NCBI GenBank assembly: GCA_022750055.1
Contig: JAKIWL010000002.1
Coordinates: 341,042 to 405,041, forward strand
DNA: 64,000 nucleotides
Reading direction: 5' to 3'
From: Thermoplasmata archaeon
GTDB taxonomy: Archaea; Thermoplasmatota; Thermoplasmata; Lutacidiplasmatales; UBA184
The notes beneath the pieces are model-generated. The model ran no database searches and had not been told where the DNA came from. It saw nothing but the letters and a program-made list of their open reading frames with translations. Made by a program: the position numbers and the translations under genes. Below are positions 28,248-37,369 of the stretch, one piece after another; position 1 is the stretch's first letter, and each line of letters starts with the position of its first letter.

Positions 28248-29951
28248 ATGACCCACGCTGACCCGACCCCTCGTGACGTTCGGCCCCTTTTCGAGCGCAT
28301 CCGGCCCCAACGGCTGGAAGAGGTGCTCGGTGAAGAATCGACGATCCGGACCGTCTCCGACTGGGCTCGAACCTGGGCCGCGTCGACGACACCGCCACGC
28401 TGGAGGGCGCTCGTACTCGCCGGACCGCCGGGCGTGGGGAAGACGACCTTGGCGTGGGCCATCGCCCGGTCGTTTGGCTGGACGGTGGTGGAGATGAACG
28501 CTTCGGAAGCGCGAAATCAGTCTGCCCTCGACCTCGTGGCCGGCCGGGCGTCTCTTTCCCATACCTTGGGAGACACCGGTCGATACCGGAAACCGAGCGA
28601 AGGAGGCCGGACGCTCATCTTGCTGGACGAGGCGGACAGCCTCTCCGGACGCGCGGATTCGCCCAAGGCGTCCCGCCCCGAAGCGCGCTCATTCCGGGAG
28701 TTCTTGACGGGCCGATACCGCGACGTCGCTTCCCTGTCCGCTTCGTGGGGGTTGGGTCAGGAAGGTCGCCCGCCGGCCTTCGAGGCGTGGACGGAAGTCC
28801 CGGCCACAGCCGGCCGGGGAGCCTTTAGCCGACTCGCCGAGGCCCGGCGCGACATTGCCGACTGGCGCGACTCCGCCCACCGTGTGGATACGTCGGACCG
28901 GGGGGGCTACAGTGCCATGCTCCATCTCGTGCGGGAGACCCGTCAGCCCGTGGTGATGACCGTGAACGACGAGGCGGAGTTCTTCCGTCATGCTCCGGGC
29001 GTCCGGTCTCTTGCGCTCCGGGTCCGGATCGCACCGATCTCAGCGGCCCTGATGTCGTCGTTCCTGACGCGGACCGTCCGATCGCAGGCGCTCGAGATCG
29101 ACGAGGACGGTGTGGCGGGGATCGTCCGGCGCAGCCGCGGCGACCTTCGGGCCGCGATCAACGACCTCGAGGCCATCGCCCCGCTTCCCCCCGGGCCGCT
29201 CCAGGCCTCCGTCCTTGCGACCCGCGACGTCGGCTCGGATTTCTACGCCGTGACGGGAACGGTCTTGACGGAGCCTCGCTTCTACCGGTCGACGGAGATC
29301 CGGGATCTGCTCGACTCGAGCCCCGAAGAGTTGTGGCCCTGGATCGAGGAGAACCTGCCTCGATTCGCACCGAGTTCGAGCGCGCTGGACGCGGGCCTAG
29401 AGCGACTCGTCGCCGCCGAGCTTCTGGTCGCCCGGGCCCGGCGCAACCGCGTCTTCGCCCTGTGGAGCTTCGCCTCCGAAGTCATGACGGGTGGGGCGAG
29501 CCTCGCGATCTCCAAGGCCGAGCCGGCGCGCTCCAACACGGTCGCCTTCCCGGACTTTCTCAGCGGCATGGGCCGAAGTCGGGCGGCCCGCCTCGTCCGT
29601 ACGGGGCTCCTCACCAAGACCGGCCACGCCCTTCACATATCCCGACGCAAGGGCGTGGAGGAATTCGAACCGTTCCTCACCGAGCTCTTCTCCCGGTCCC
29701 ACGCCGGGGGCTCTGCCTCGACCCGAGCGCGCCGACGGGCCCTCGCGTCCTCGCTGAACCTGACCGCGGAGGAGGTGGAGTTTCTAGGAGGGCGACCGGA
29801 GGATGGGGCGTCCCCGACCCCCGAAGATCCGCCGACCGTCGAGGAGGTCGCCCCCGCTCCCAAGGCCGAGCCCGAGGCTGCGGACCGGGCGGCGCCCAAG
29901 TCTCCCCCCAGCAAGCGGCAAAAGGTCCAGCGGAGGCTGGGGGAGTTCTAG
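28248..29951 (+). CDS. rfcL: Replication factor C large subunit (clamp-loader AAA+ ATPase) with a C-terminal PIP motif
   Basis: FERIRPQRLEEVLGEE...VLAGPPGVGKTTLAWAIA (Walker A), ILLDEADSL (Walker B); the extreme C-terminus QRRLGEF-stop matches a QxxLxxF PCNA-interacting motif. TATA-like GTAATAAG lies at 28216-28223, about 28 nt upstream. Confidence 0.75.
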   Translation: MTHADPTPRDVRPLFERIRPQRLEEVLGEESTIRTVSDWARTWAASTTPPRWRALVLAGPPGVGKTTLAWAIARSFGWTVVEMNASEARNQSALDLVAGRASLSHTLGDTGRYRKPSEGGRTLILLDEADSLSGRADSPKASRPEARSFREFLTGRYRDVASLSASWGLGQEGRPPAFEAWTEVPATAGRGAFSRLAEARRDIADWRDSAHRVDTSDRGGYSAMLHLVRETRQPVVMTVNDEAEFFRHAPGVRSLALRVRIAPISAALMSSFLTRTVRSQALEIDEDGVAGIVRRSRGDLRAAINDLEAIAPLPPGPLQASVLATRDVGSDFYAVTGTVLTEPRFYRSTEIRDLLDSSPEELWPWIEENLPRFAPSSSALDAGLERLVAAELLVARARRNRVFALWSFASEVMTGGASLAISKAEPARSNTVAFPDFLSGMGRSRAARLVRTGLLTKTGHALHISRRKGVEEFEPFLTELFSRSHAGGSASTRARRRALASSLNLTAEEVEFLGGRPEDGASPTPEDPPTVEEVAPAPKAEPEAADRAAPKSPPSKRQKVQRRLGEF

Positions 29952-30004
29952 ATCCCACGGCAGGTTCAGGGCGTTCCGACTCTCCCGAGACCCGAGGCCC
30001 GATC

Positions 30005-30700
30005 GTGGTATCCTGGAGCAGCGGCAAGGATGCCGCGTTCGCGCTCCACGAACTTCGACGAAGCCGCGATCGACCGGTCGTCGGGTTGCTGACGACCGTC
30101 ACGAGGAAGTATGATCGCGTCTCGATGCACGGGGTCCGTCGTTCCGTGCTCGACCTTCAGGCTCGCGCGGTCGGGCTTCCGGTCCGTACGGTGGAGATCC
30201 CCTCACCCTGCCCGAACTCCGAGTACGAACGGGCCATGCAGACGGAGGTCCGCGAGATGGTCCGCGACCGTGTGACGGGGATCGCCTTCGGGGACCTCTA
30301 TCTCGCCGACATTCGGGCCTACCGGGAGATGAAGCTCTCGGGAAGCGGACTCGAAGCGCTCTTTCCCTTGTGGGCGCGACCGACCGACGCCCTCGCCCGG
30401 GAGATCCTCCGGGCCGGCTTCGACGCCCGGATCGTATGCGTGGACCCCCGTCGATTGGGGGCCGAGTTCGCGGGCCGTCACTTCGACGAGGAGTTCCTTC
30501 GGGACCTCCCCGAGGGGGTCGATCCCTGCGGAGAGAACGGCGAGTTCCACACCTGCGTCGTCGACGGTCCGATCTTCGACCGACCCATCCCGGTCCGTGC
30601 CGGGCCCGTGGTGGAACGGGACGGGTTCGTGTTCGCCGACCTGATCCCAACGGGGGAGGGCGGCGCCGAAGGACGCGTTCCTACGAAAGCTGCGCCTTGA
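30005..30700 (+). CDS. PP-loop ATPase of the MJ0570/Dph6 (diphthine-ammonia ligase-like) family
   Basis: VVSWSSGKDAAFAL (SGGKDS-type PP-loop), ...GIAFGDLYLADIRAYRE...; GTG start is proposed (the ORF is open from 29333 across the rfcL 3' end). Confidence 0.7.
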   Translation: MVSWSSGKDAAFALHELRRSRDRPVVGLLTTVTRKYDRVSMHGVRRSVLDLQARAVGLPVRTVEIPSPCPNSEYERAMQTEVREMVRDRVTGIAFGDLYLADIRAYREMKLSGSGLEALFPLWARPTDALAREILRAGFDARIVCVDPRRLGAEFAGRHFDEEFLRDLPEGVDPCGENGEFHTCVVDGPIFDRPIPVRAGPVVERDGFVFADLIPTGEGGAEGRVPTKAAP

Positions 30701-31118
30701 GCCGGATCTCCACGTTGCCCTTCAAGGCGCCGGAGATCGGGCACCCGACCTTCGCGGCCTCGGCGGCCTCCGTGAACTCGGCGGGGGTGAGCCCGGGAAC
30801 CTGGCCCGTGACGTCGAGCTCCATCGTAGTCACCTTCCACCCATCCCCGACCTTGTCGAACGTGCAGGTAGCCGTGACGGTCAATCGCTGGGGGGGCTTT
30901 TGCTTGCGGCCCAACCCGGCGGACAACGCCATCGAATAGCAGGCGGCGTGCGCCGCCGCGAGGAGCTCCTCGGGGCTCGTCTTCCCGCCGGACGATTCGG
31001 TCCTCGCTGCCCAGCTTACCGGTAGGTCCCCGAAGGCCCCGCTCGCGCTCTTGACCTGGCCGTGGCCCTTCAATAGGTCGTTCTCCCAGACGGCGGTAGC
31101 GGATCGCTTGGCAGCCAT
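30681..31118 (-). CDS. OsmC/Ohr-family peroxiredoxin-like protein
   Basis: AAHAACYSMAL...VGCPIS; conserved Cys pair and length (145 aa) typical of OsmC. Confidence 0.8.
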   Translation of the reverse strand: MAAKRSATAVWENDLLKGHGQVKSASGAFGDLPVSWAARTESSGGKTSPEELLAAAHAACYSMALSAGLGRKQKPPQRLTVTATCTFDKVGDGWKVTTMELDVTGQVPGLTPAEFTEAAEAAKVGCPISGALKGNVEIRLKAQLS

Positions 31119-31153
31119 GATCGGAGGAGTCCGGCGGCCGACTTAACGGTACC

Positions 31154-31579
31154 GTGGGCGAGGCCCAGAGCCAGCGTTTTCTGTTTGTCGACCATGACCC
31201 GGTGATGTCGATCGCCCCTGGCGACGTCCCTAGCTTCCTCGTCCTGGAGCCCCGCGGCGGGATCCGTCTCGACATTCGCCTTCCCACCCCGGCGTGTCAG
31301 ATCGATGCCGCGCTCCAGAACCCGATCCCGGGGCGCAGTTTCATCCTCATGGTCGGGGAACCGTCGGAACCGTTCGTCCAACGGGCGCGCATCGCCGGGA
31401 AGGCGCGGCTTCATTTCGAACCGGGATCCCCCGGACTCTACGTCATCCTGTTGACCAATCCGATGCGCGAACCGGCCGTCGTTCGACTAAAGCTCCGGCC
31501 TCTCGTCGTGGAGATACGGGCTCGGAAGAACGGGCGACGCACCCGTTCGAAAACCCGGTCCCGCCCCTCGGTCTCCTAG
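31154..31579 (+). CDS. Hypothetical protein
   Basis: ORF with protein-like composition (FLVLEPRGGIRLDIRLP...LYVILLTNPMREPAVVRLKL) and a K/R-rich tail; no family recognised. It competes with antisense ORF 31070..31414. Confidence 0.35.
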   Translation: MGEAQSQRFLFVDHDPVMSIAPGDVPSFLVLEPRGGIRLDIRLPTPACQIDAALQNPIPGRSFILMVGEPSEPFVQRARIAGKARLHFEPGSPGLYVILLTNPMREPAVVRLKLRPLVVEIRARKNGRRTRSKTRSRPSVS

Positions 31580-31624
31580 GAGACCCCGCCATGCCCTAAT
31601 AGGCGGAGCCACTCGACGGAGCCC

Positions 31625-33016
31625 GTGCCCGTTCCCGGACGGACGATCCGACCTCCGCTCGAGCCGTTCAAGGCCAAGGTCATCGAAGCGATCCGAGTTC
31701 CGACGGCCGAGGAACGGGAAGCGGCTCTCCAACGCGCCGGGTTCAATCTGTTCAACCTGACCTCGGACGACGTGTTCATCGACCTGCTCACCGACTCCGG
31801 CACCTCTGCCATGAGCGACCGACAGTGGGCCGCGATGATGCTCGGGGACGAGACGTACGCCGGAAGCCGCAACTTCGCCCACTTCGAGTCCGTGGTCCAG
31901 GAGCTGACCGGGTTTCCCTACGTGATCCCGGCGCACCAGGGCCGCGCGGCGGAGAACCTATTGTTCACGCAGTTCGCCCGGCCCGGCACGACGATCCCGA
32001 ACAACATGCACTTCGACACGACCCGAACCCACGTGATGCGCAACGGCGCCCGGGCCGTCAATCTCGCCATCCCCGAGGCCTACCAGGTCGACCTCGACTT
32101 TCCCTTCAAGGGCAACATGGACACGGGCCGACTCTCGGAACTCCTCCGGTCCGCGAGCGCGGGAGAGGTCCCGCTCGTGATGATGACCCTGACGAACAAC
32201 ACGGGGGGAGGACAACCCGTCTCGCTCGAGAACCTGACGGAGGTCTCCCGAATCTGTCACACGGCCGGAGTCCCGCTCTACCTCGACATGTGCCGATGGG
32301 CCGAGAACGCCTACTTCGTCCGGCTTCGCGAACCGGCCCAGCAGGGCCGGTCCATCCGAGAGATCGGGCGGGCGATCTTCGACCTTGCGGATGGGGCGAC
32401 GATGAGCGCCAAGAAGGACGGGCTCGTGAACATCGGAGGGTTCGTCGCGACGCGCGACCCGGCGCTCGCGGACCGGATGAAGGAGGAGCTGATCGTGTTC
32501 GAGGGCTTCCCGACGTACGGCGGGCTTGCGAGGCGCGACCTCGAAGCCGCGTCGGTCGGCCTGCTGGAGGCGACCGACCTTGCCTACCTGGAACATCGTA
32601 TCGGTCAGGTGCGATTCCTGGCCGACCAGCTTGACGCGGAAGGGGTTCCGTTCCTACATCCGCCGGGCGGTCATGGGATCTACCTCGACGTGCGGCGGTT
32701 CCTACCCCATCTTCCGGTGCAACAGCTCCCGGGACAGGCGCTCGTCGTCGAGCTGTACCGCGAGGGGGCAGTACGGACGGTGGAGGTCGGTGGCATCATG
32801 TTCGGGGATGGGGAATCCCCGGAGTCGGCACCCGCCCTCGAGCTGGTCCGCCTCGCGATTCCGAGACGGGCGTACTCTTCGGCCCACCTCGAATACGTGG
32901 CCGGCGTCGTGGCCGCGGTGTTCCGCCGCCGCGCCGCGATCCGGGGGATGAAGATGACCTACGAACCCGAGCGGCTCCGCCACTTTACCGCCCGGTTCGC
33001 GCCTCTCTCCGGCTAG
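31625..33016 (+). CDS. tnaA: Tryptophanase / tyrosine phenol-lyase family (beta-eliminating lyase, PLP-dependent)
   Basis: FKAKVIEAIRVPTAEEREAALQRAGFNLFNLTSDDVFIDLLTDSGTSAMSDRQWAAMMLGDETYAGSRNF...SAKKDGLVNIGGF (PLP-lysine). Confidence 0.85.
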   Translation: MPVPGRTIRPPLEPFKAKVIEAIRVPTAEEREAALQRAGFNLFNLTSDDVFIDLLTDSGTSAMSDRQWAAMMLGDETYAGSRNFAHFESVVQELTGFPYVIPAHQGRAAENLLFTQFARPGTTIPNNMHFDTTRTHVMRNGARAVNLAIPEAYQVDLDFPFKGNMDTGRLSELLRSASAGEVPLVMMTLTNNTGGGQPVSLENLTEVSRICHTAGVPLYLDMCRWAENAYFVRLREPAQQGRSIREIGRAIFDLADGATMSAKKDGLVNIGGFVATRDPALADRMKEELIVFEGFPTYGGLARRDLEAASVGLLEATDLAYLEHRIGQVRFLADQLDAEGVPFLHPPGGHGIYLDVRRFLPHLPVQQLPGQALVVELYREGAVRTVEVGGIMFGDGESPESAPALELVRLAIPRRAYSSAHLEYVAGVVAAVFRRRAAIRGMKMTYEPERLRHFTARFAPLSG

Positions 33017-33150
33017 CCGAGGCGAGGACGGAGGCTCCAGGCCCGGCCGATGAGGGGCGTCGCGGTGGGACCCCGAGCGTTGACTTCGCACGACACAGCG
33101 GCCCGGTGCGATGAACCTATAGTGTCGTTCGCCCGGGTTTGCGCTGGAGC

Positions 33151-33795
33151 ATGAACGACCTCGCCTTCCTCGCGGCCGTGGTGGTGAGCGTCTTTGCGCT
33201 CGTCGATCCCATCGGGACACTCCCATTCTTCGTCGCCCTGACCGATGGCATGGACGCGGGTGATCGGATGGTCGTGTTGACGAGAGCCACGATCGTCGTG
33301 GGAACGATCCTGGCGATCTTCGCCCTCTTCGGGCGTTTCCTGTTCGCCGCCTTCGGATTCACCCTCCAGGCGTTCGAGATCGCCGGGGGCATCCTCCTCT
33401 TCCTGGTCGCCTACGACATGCTCCGCGGCGAGGTGGCCACCACACGGCTCACGGCCTCGGACCGCGAAGAGGCCCTCGCCCGCCGCGACGAGATCTCGGT
33501 GGTACCGCTTGGCATTCCGCTCCTGGCGGGTCCGGGCGCGATCTCGACCGTCATGATCTACGAGGGATACGCGGGCAGCGACCCGATCGACATCGCCGCC
33601 ACGTTCATCGCGATCGCGGCGACGACGGCGGCCACTTACCTCGTTTTGCGATACGGACCGAACATCCTGCGGTACCTGGGGCGGGTAGGGGTCATGGCGC
33701 TGACGCGGGTCATGGGCCTGTTACTCGCCGCGATTGCGGTCCAGTTCATCCTGAATGGAATACTCGCCTTCCTCGGCCACGCCGGGATACCGTAG
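33151..33795 (+). CDS. MarC-family integral membrane protein (UPF0056)
   Basis: MNDLAFLAAVVVSVFALVDPIGTLPFFVALT...; multi-TM with the characteristic DPIG motif. TATA-like ACCTATAGTG lies at 33115-33124. Confidence 0.8.
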   Translation: MNDLAFLAAVVVSVFALVDPIGTLPFFVALTDGMDAGDRMVVLTRATIVVGTILAIFALFGRFLFAAFGFTLQAFEIAGGILLFLVAYDMLRGEVATTRLTASDREEALARRDEISVVPLGIPLLAGPGAISTVMIYEGYAGSDPIDIAATFIAIAATTAATYLVLRYGPNILRYLGRVGVMALTRVMGLLLAAIAVQFILNGILAFLGHAGIP

Positions 33796-33831
33796 GTCGA
33801 CCCGGTCCGGCGCGCGGGCGCCTCCCAGGGC

Positions 33832-34521
33832 CTAGCGCTTCGTCGGCCGACGACCCTTGCTCGAGGGCTTTCGCCGGGGCGCGGCAGCGCGCGACGGTCG
33901 GGGCTTGGCCTTCGACGAGGGGGATGCCTTCGGGCCGGGACGTGGGGGCAGGAGGGCCATCACGGCGCTCGACGGGGATCTAGGATTGCGGTCCACGGAC
34001 CAAACCCGCTCGCCGGCCTCGACCGCCACAGGAAGGTCGTTCTCGGCCGGTGGGAAGCTGCATTCGTACGCGTCGGTGTAGGCGCAATACGGATTGAAGG
34101 CGCGATTGAAGTCGACCTCATAGACGTCGTCCTCGTTGAGCTCGAGGGTGAGGTAGCGCCCGGGACCGTACGTCTCGCGGCCCGAGGTGGAATCCCGGAA
34201 CGGGACGAAGACGTTCCGACCCACGCCCTCTCCTGCGTGGAACACTCGCAGATGCAATTTCCGGCCGCTGATCGCAAAGTGAAGCTCGCCCAGGTACCGC
34301 ACGACGGCCTGACCGTCCCGATTGGTCCTTAGGAAGGCTTCCGAGGGAACGGAGGCACGCTTGAGCTGAGCTCGGACGAGGTATCGGGTCGAGATCGGAA
34401 AGTAGTGAAGGCCCTCAAACCCCGCGACTCCATCCGCGACGAAAGGGGACTCGGTGTGGTGGGCCATGAAGCGGTCCTTCATCTCCCGCTCGGTCTTCAG
34501 ATCCTGGGTGTACTGGTCCAT
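33832..34521 (-). CDS. DUF1684-family protein with a K/R/P-rich C-terminal tail
   Basis: GLHYFPI...RVFHAGEG...VFVPFRDSTSGRETYGPGRYLTLELNEDDVYEVDFNRAFNPYCAYTDAYECSFPPAENDLPVAVEAGER matches the DUF1684 signature blocks. Confidence 0.75.
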   Translation of the reverse strand: MDQYTQDLKTEREMKDRFMAHHTESPFVADGVAGFEGLHYFPISTRYLVRAQLKRASVPSEAFLRTNRDGQAVVRYLGELHFAISGRKLHLRVFHAGEGVGRNVFVPFRDSTSGRETYGPGRYLTLELNEDDVYEVDFNRAFNPYCAYTDAYECSFPPAENDLPVAVEAGERVWSVDRNPRSPSSAVMALLPPRPGPKASPSSKAKPRPSRAAAPRRKPSSKGRRPTKR

Positions 34522-34625
34522 CGTGGCCTCGGCGTGAGCGGAGACCGTGCGACGGATAATGACGACGGCCCGACGCCGTCACGGCCTCGCGGGCCCCGGG
34601 CCCGAGCGTAGGGAGGCCGGAGGGC

Positions 34626-35012
34626 CTATAGGTAACCGAACTGACGTTTGGCGAAGTCGCTCATCCGCTCGGGAGTCCAGGGGGGTTCCCAGACCATGTC
34701 CACGGTCGCCGCATGGATGTGCTCGACCTTCTCGATGGCCCCCTTGACCTCCTCGGCGAGGATACCGGCGACCGGGCAACCGGGGGCGGTCAGGGTCATG
34801 TGCAACGTAACGTCGTCGCCGGACCAGTCGAAGCCGTAGATCAGGCCCAGGTCCACGATGTTCATCGGGATCTCGGGGTCGTAGATCTTCTTCAGGTTCT
34901 CCAGGACCGCCTGCTCGCGGTCCGCGTACACCCCACCCGTCAACCCCGCGGTGGCGGGCTTCGGAACCGTCGCATCGGCCGCCGCGACCTTGACCTCGCC
35001 GGAATCGGCACC
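34626..35012 (-). CDS. DUF59 (MIP18/SufT-like) Fe-S cluster assembly protein
   Basis: VLENLKKIYDPEIPMNIVDLGLIYGFDWSGDDVTLHMTLTAPGCPVAGILAEEVKGAIEKV; conserved DPE, the Cys in TAPGCP. Confidence 0.75.
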   Translation of the reverse strand, partial: GADSGEVKVAAADATVPKPATAGLTGGVYADREQAVLENLKKIYDPEIPMNIVDLGLIYGFDWSGDDVTLHMTLTAPGCPVAGILAEEVKGAIEKVEHIHAATVDMVWEPPWTPERMSDFAKRQFGYL

Positions 35013-35131
35013 GTTCATCCTTTGGACAACCGCCTCGGTCGCGTATAAGCGCCACGGGGAGCAATCCCGGCGGCGAGTGGGGCCCCGGCACGCTCGCAGT
35101 CGATTTATGTCGGGGCCGGTGGAAGAGCCTC

Positions 35132-36040
35132 GTGAAGGACGTTCATGCGATGGTCCCCCGTCACCCACGACTTGGTCTGCATCGGGTCGGGATCGAGGGG
35201 GTCCGCAAGCCCCTCCTCGTTGAGCGATCAGGGCGGGTCATTACGCTGACGACCGCCTTCTCCCTCGCGGTCGATCTGCCTTCGGATCGCAAGGGCTCCG
35301 ACCTCTCCCGGAACGCCGAGCTTCTGGCCGACCAGATCGATTGGCCTGAGGCCCGGCCCGTTCCGAGTCTGGAGAGCGTCTGCGCCTCGATCGCTCGGGA
35401 GCTCCTGGTCCGCCACCCCTACGCCACGCGGTCCGAGGTCCGGGGGACGGCCGAGTACTTCCTCTCGAGGGGGATCGCCCCTGGCCGTGAGAGCCTCGAG
35501 AACTTCACGTTACTCGCCGAAGGGCGGGCGCACCGGGAAGGGTCCAACATCACGGTCCGCCGGTTGATCGGGGCCGAGGCGGTCGGCATGACGGCCTGCC
35601 CATGCGCCATGGAGACGGCCCGCGATCGGCTGGTCCAGGAGTTTCCCGCGCTCGGCGCGGCGGAGCTGAAGGAACTGCCGATCGTGACTCACAACCAGCG
35701 CAACCGGACCTCCCTCACCTTCGAGGTGACCGACGACGTCGAGGTAGAGGCCGACCGGATCATTGACGCGATCGAGGCCGCGCAGTCCTCGCCGACCTAC
35801 GCCATCCTCAAGCGGGGGGATGAAGCGCGCCTCGTTCTGGACGCCCACCGTCACCCCAAGTTCGTTGAGGACGTACTCCGGGACCTCCTCGCTTCCGTGC
35901 CCCAGCGATTCCCGATGCTTTCGGGCGATTCGGTCGTGCGGGTGCGCACGGTAAGCGAGGAGTCCATCCACAAGTACGACGTCGTGGCTGACCACGAAAC
36001 CACGGTGGGCGAACTCCGTTCCTCCAACGCGTCGACGTAG
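35132..36040 (+). CDS. mptA: GTP cyclohydrolase MptA/FolE2 family (archaeal GTP cyclohydrolase IV-like)
   Basis: GMTACPCAMETARD...VTHNQRNRTSLTFEV; conserved metal-binding Cys/His of the FolE2/MptA family. Confidence 0.8.
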   Translation: MKDVHAMVPRHPRLGLHRVGIEGVRKPLLVERSGRVITLTTAFSLAVDLPSDRKGSDLSRNAELLADQIDWPEARPVPSLESVCASIARELLVRHPYATRSEVRGTAEYFLSRGIAPGRESLENFTLLAEGRAHREGSNITVRRLIGAEAVGMTACPCAMETARDRLVQEFPALGAAELKELPIVTHNQRNRTSLTFEVTDDVEVEADRIIDAIEAAQSSPTYAILKRGDEARLVLDAHRHPKFVEDVLRDLLASVPQRFPMLSGDSVVRVRTVSEESIHKYDVVADHETTVGELRSSNAST

Positions 36041-36061
36041 TCCGGCCCTGCGAGGTCAACG

Positions 36062-37369
36062 ATGCGCTACGCCTTGGACGGTCTTCGACGCCGGCCTCGT
36101 CGGACCGCGCTCGCGGCGATCGGGATCGGGCTTGCGACAGCACTCGTCATCGCGCTCCTCGCCCTCTCGGCTGGGATCGAGGGTAGCGCCTCGAGACTCG
36201 CGGTCGCGAGCGGCGTGGACCTGCTCGCTACCAGCGCCAACACGAGTCTAACCTCCGGAACGTTCCCCCCAGTCCCTCAGGCGCACCGTGCCCCGGCTGA
36301 ATTCACTCGAGCCGACTCGAACGTAGCGAGCGCCAGTCCGTGGCTGGTCAACGACCTCGTATTCGGGAACGCCTCCCTGTTCGCTGCCTCGAACGCGTCC
36401 GCGGGGGGAGCGAGCATCCCGCCCTCGTGGGGGCCGACGGGGGCCGGGGCGGTGGGTTGGATCCCGTCGGACAACGCGGGTCTGGATACTCCGGCCTTGC
36501 TCGTGGGCACGGGGTTCTCGCGATCCGGCGACCCCCACTACGACAACGGCAGCTACCGCGGGCCGACGGGCGATGAGACCGTGCTCGACCAGAGCCTCGC
36601 TGCCGTGCTCCACGTCGGGCCGGGGTCGACCGTCTGGGTCAGCCCCCGGTCGGTCCCGGCCGCCGCCGGAGTTCACGGCTGGTACGAGAACGCCACCGCG
36701 TTCCGGATCGTCGGCCTGTCCGGCCCGTTCTGGCTGATCCCGTCCGCCCTGCTCGGATTCTTCTACCTATCCGAGCTCCAGACCGTCGACGGTGGCGCCG
36801 CCGTCCAGGGCGACTACGCTTCCCTCGTCCTCGTTCACCTCACCGACCCGACTGATCCCTCGCACGACCAGGGGGTGCTCCGAACGGCGTTCCCTGCCCT
36901 GAACGTGCTCACGCTCGGAAACATCCTGGGGGCCGTTGATAGCCTCGTTAATGTCTATCGAACGTTCGGGACTCTCGTCGGAGCGATCGGGGTCGTCATC
37001 GCGGCGCTCTTCACGAGCACCGTACTCCTCATGTCGGTCGACGATCGATCCCAGGAGATCGCCCTTCTGAGGGCGATCGGATTCCGTCGGGCCACCATCG
37101 TGGGGTACGTGTTCGAGGAGTCGCTCTGGCTTTCGCTCCTCGGGCTGGTGGTCGGAGCCCCGCTGGGGCTTGCGATCGGCTACGGCCTCGACGCACTCCT
37201 GGTCCACCTCGTCGCGGGCCTACCGAACGGGTTCAGCTTCATCCAATTCGACGCCACTGTGGCCGCGAGCGCCTTCCTCGAGGTCGGTGCGATCGGGGTC
37301 GGGGCGGCGGTCGTCCCAGCGGCCCGGGCCTTGACCCTCCCCATCGCGCCAGAACTGAGGGCGCCGTGA
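36062..37369 (+). CDS. ABC transporter permease, FtsX/MacB-like (N-terminal TM, large extracytoplasmic domain, C-terminal FtsX 3-TM)
   Basis: MRYALDGLRRRPRRTALAAIGIGLATALVIALLAL...; C-terminal ALLRAIGFRRATIVGYVFEESLWLSLLGLVVGAPLGLAIGYGL. Confidence 0.75.
   Translation: MRYALDGLRRRPRRTALAAIGIGLATALVIALLALSAGIEGSASRLAVASGVDLLATSANTSLTSGTFPPVPQAHRAPAEFTRADSNVASASPWLVNDLVFGNASLFAASNASAGGASIPPSWGPTGAGAVGWIPSDNAGLDTPALLVGTGFSRSGDPHYDNGSYRGPTGDETVLDQSLAAVLHVGPGSTVWVSPRSVPAAAGVHGWYENATAFRIVGLSGPFWLIPSALLGFFYLSELQTVDGGAAVQGDYASLVLVHLTDPTDPSHDQGVLRTAFPALNVLTLGNILGAVDSLVNVYRTFGTLVGAIGVVIAALFTSTVLLMSVDDRSQEIALLRAIGFRRATIVGYVFEESLWLSLLGLVVGAPLGLAIGYGLDALLVHLVAGLPNGFSFIQFDATVAASAFLEVGAIGVGAAVVPAARALTLPIAPELRAP

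Noticed and set aside
31070-31414. Minus-strand ORF 31070..31414 overlapping the + hypothetical gene 31154..31579
   Set aside because: Its translation is more low-complexity (RR/DE runs) than the + strand ORF, and it would overlap the OsmC gene start region. The + strand ORF was kept, with low confidence.
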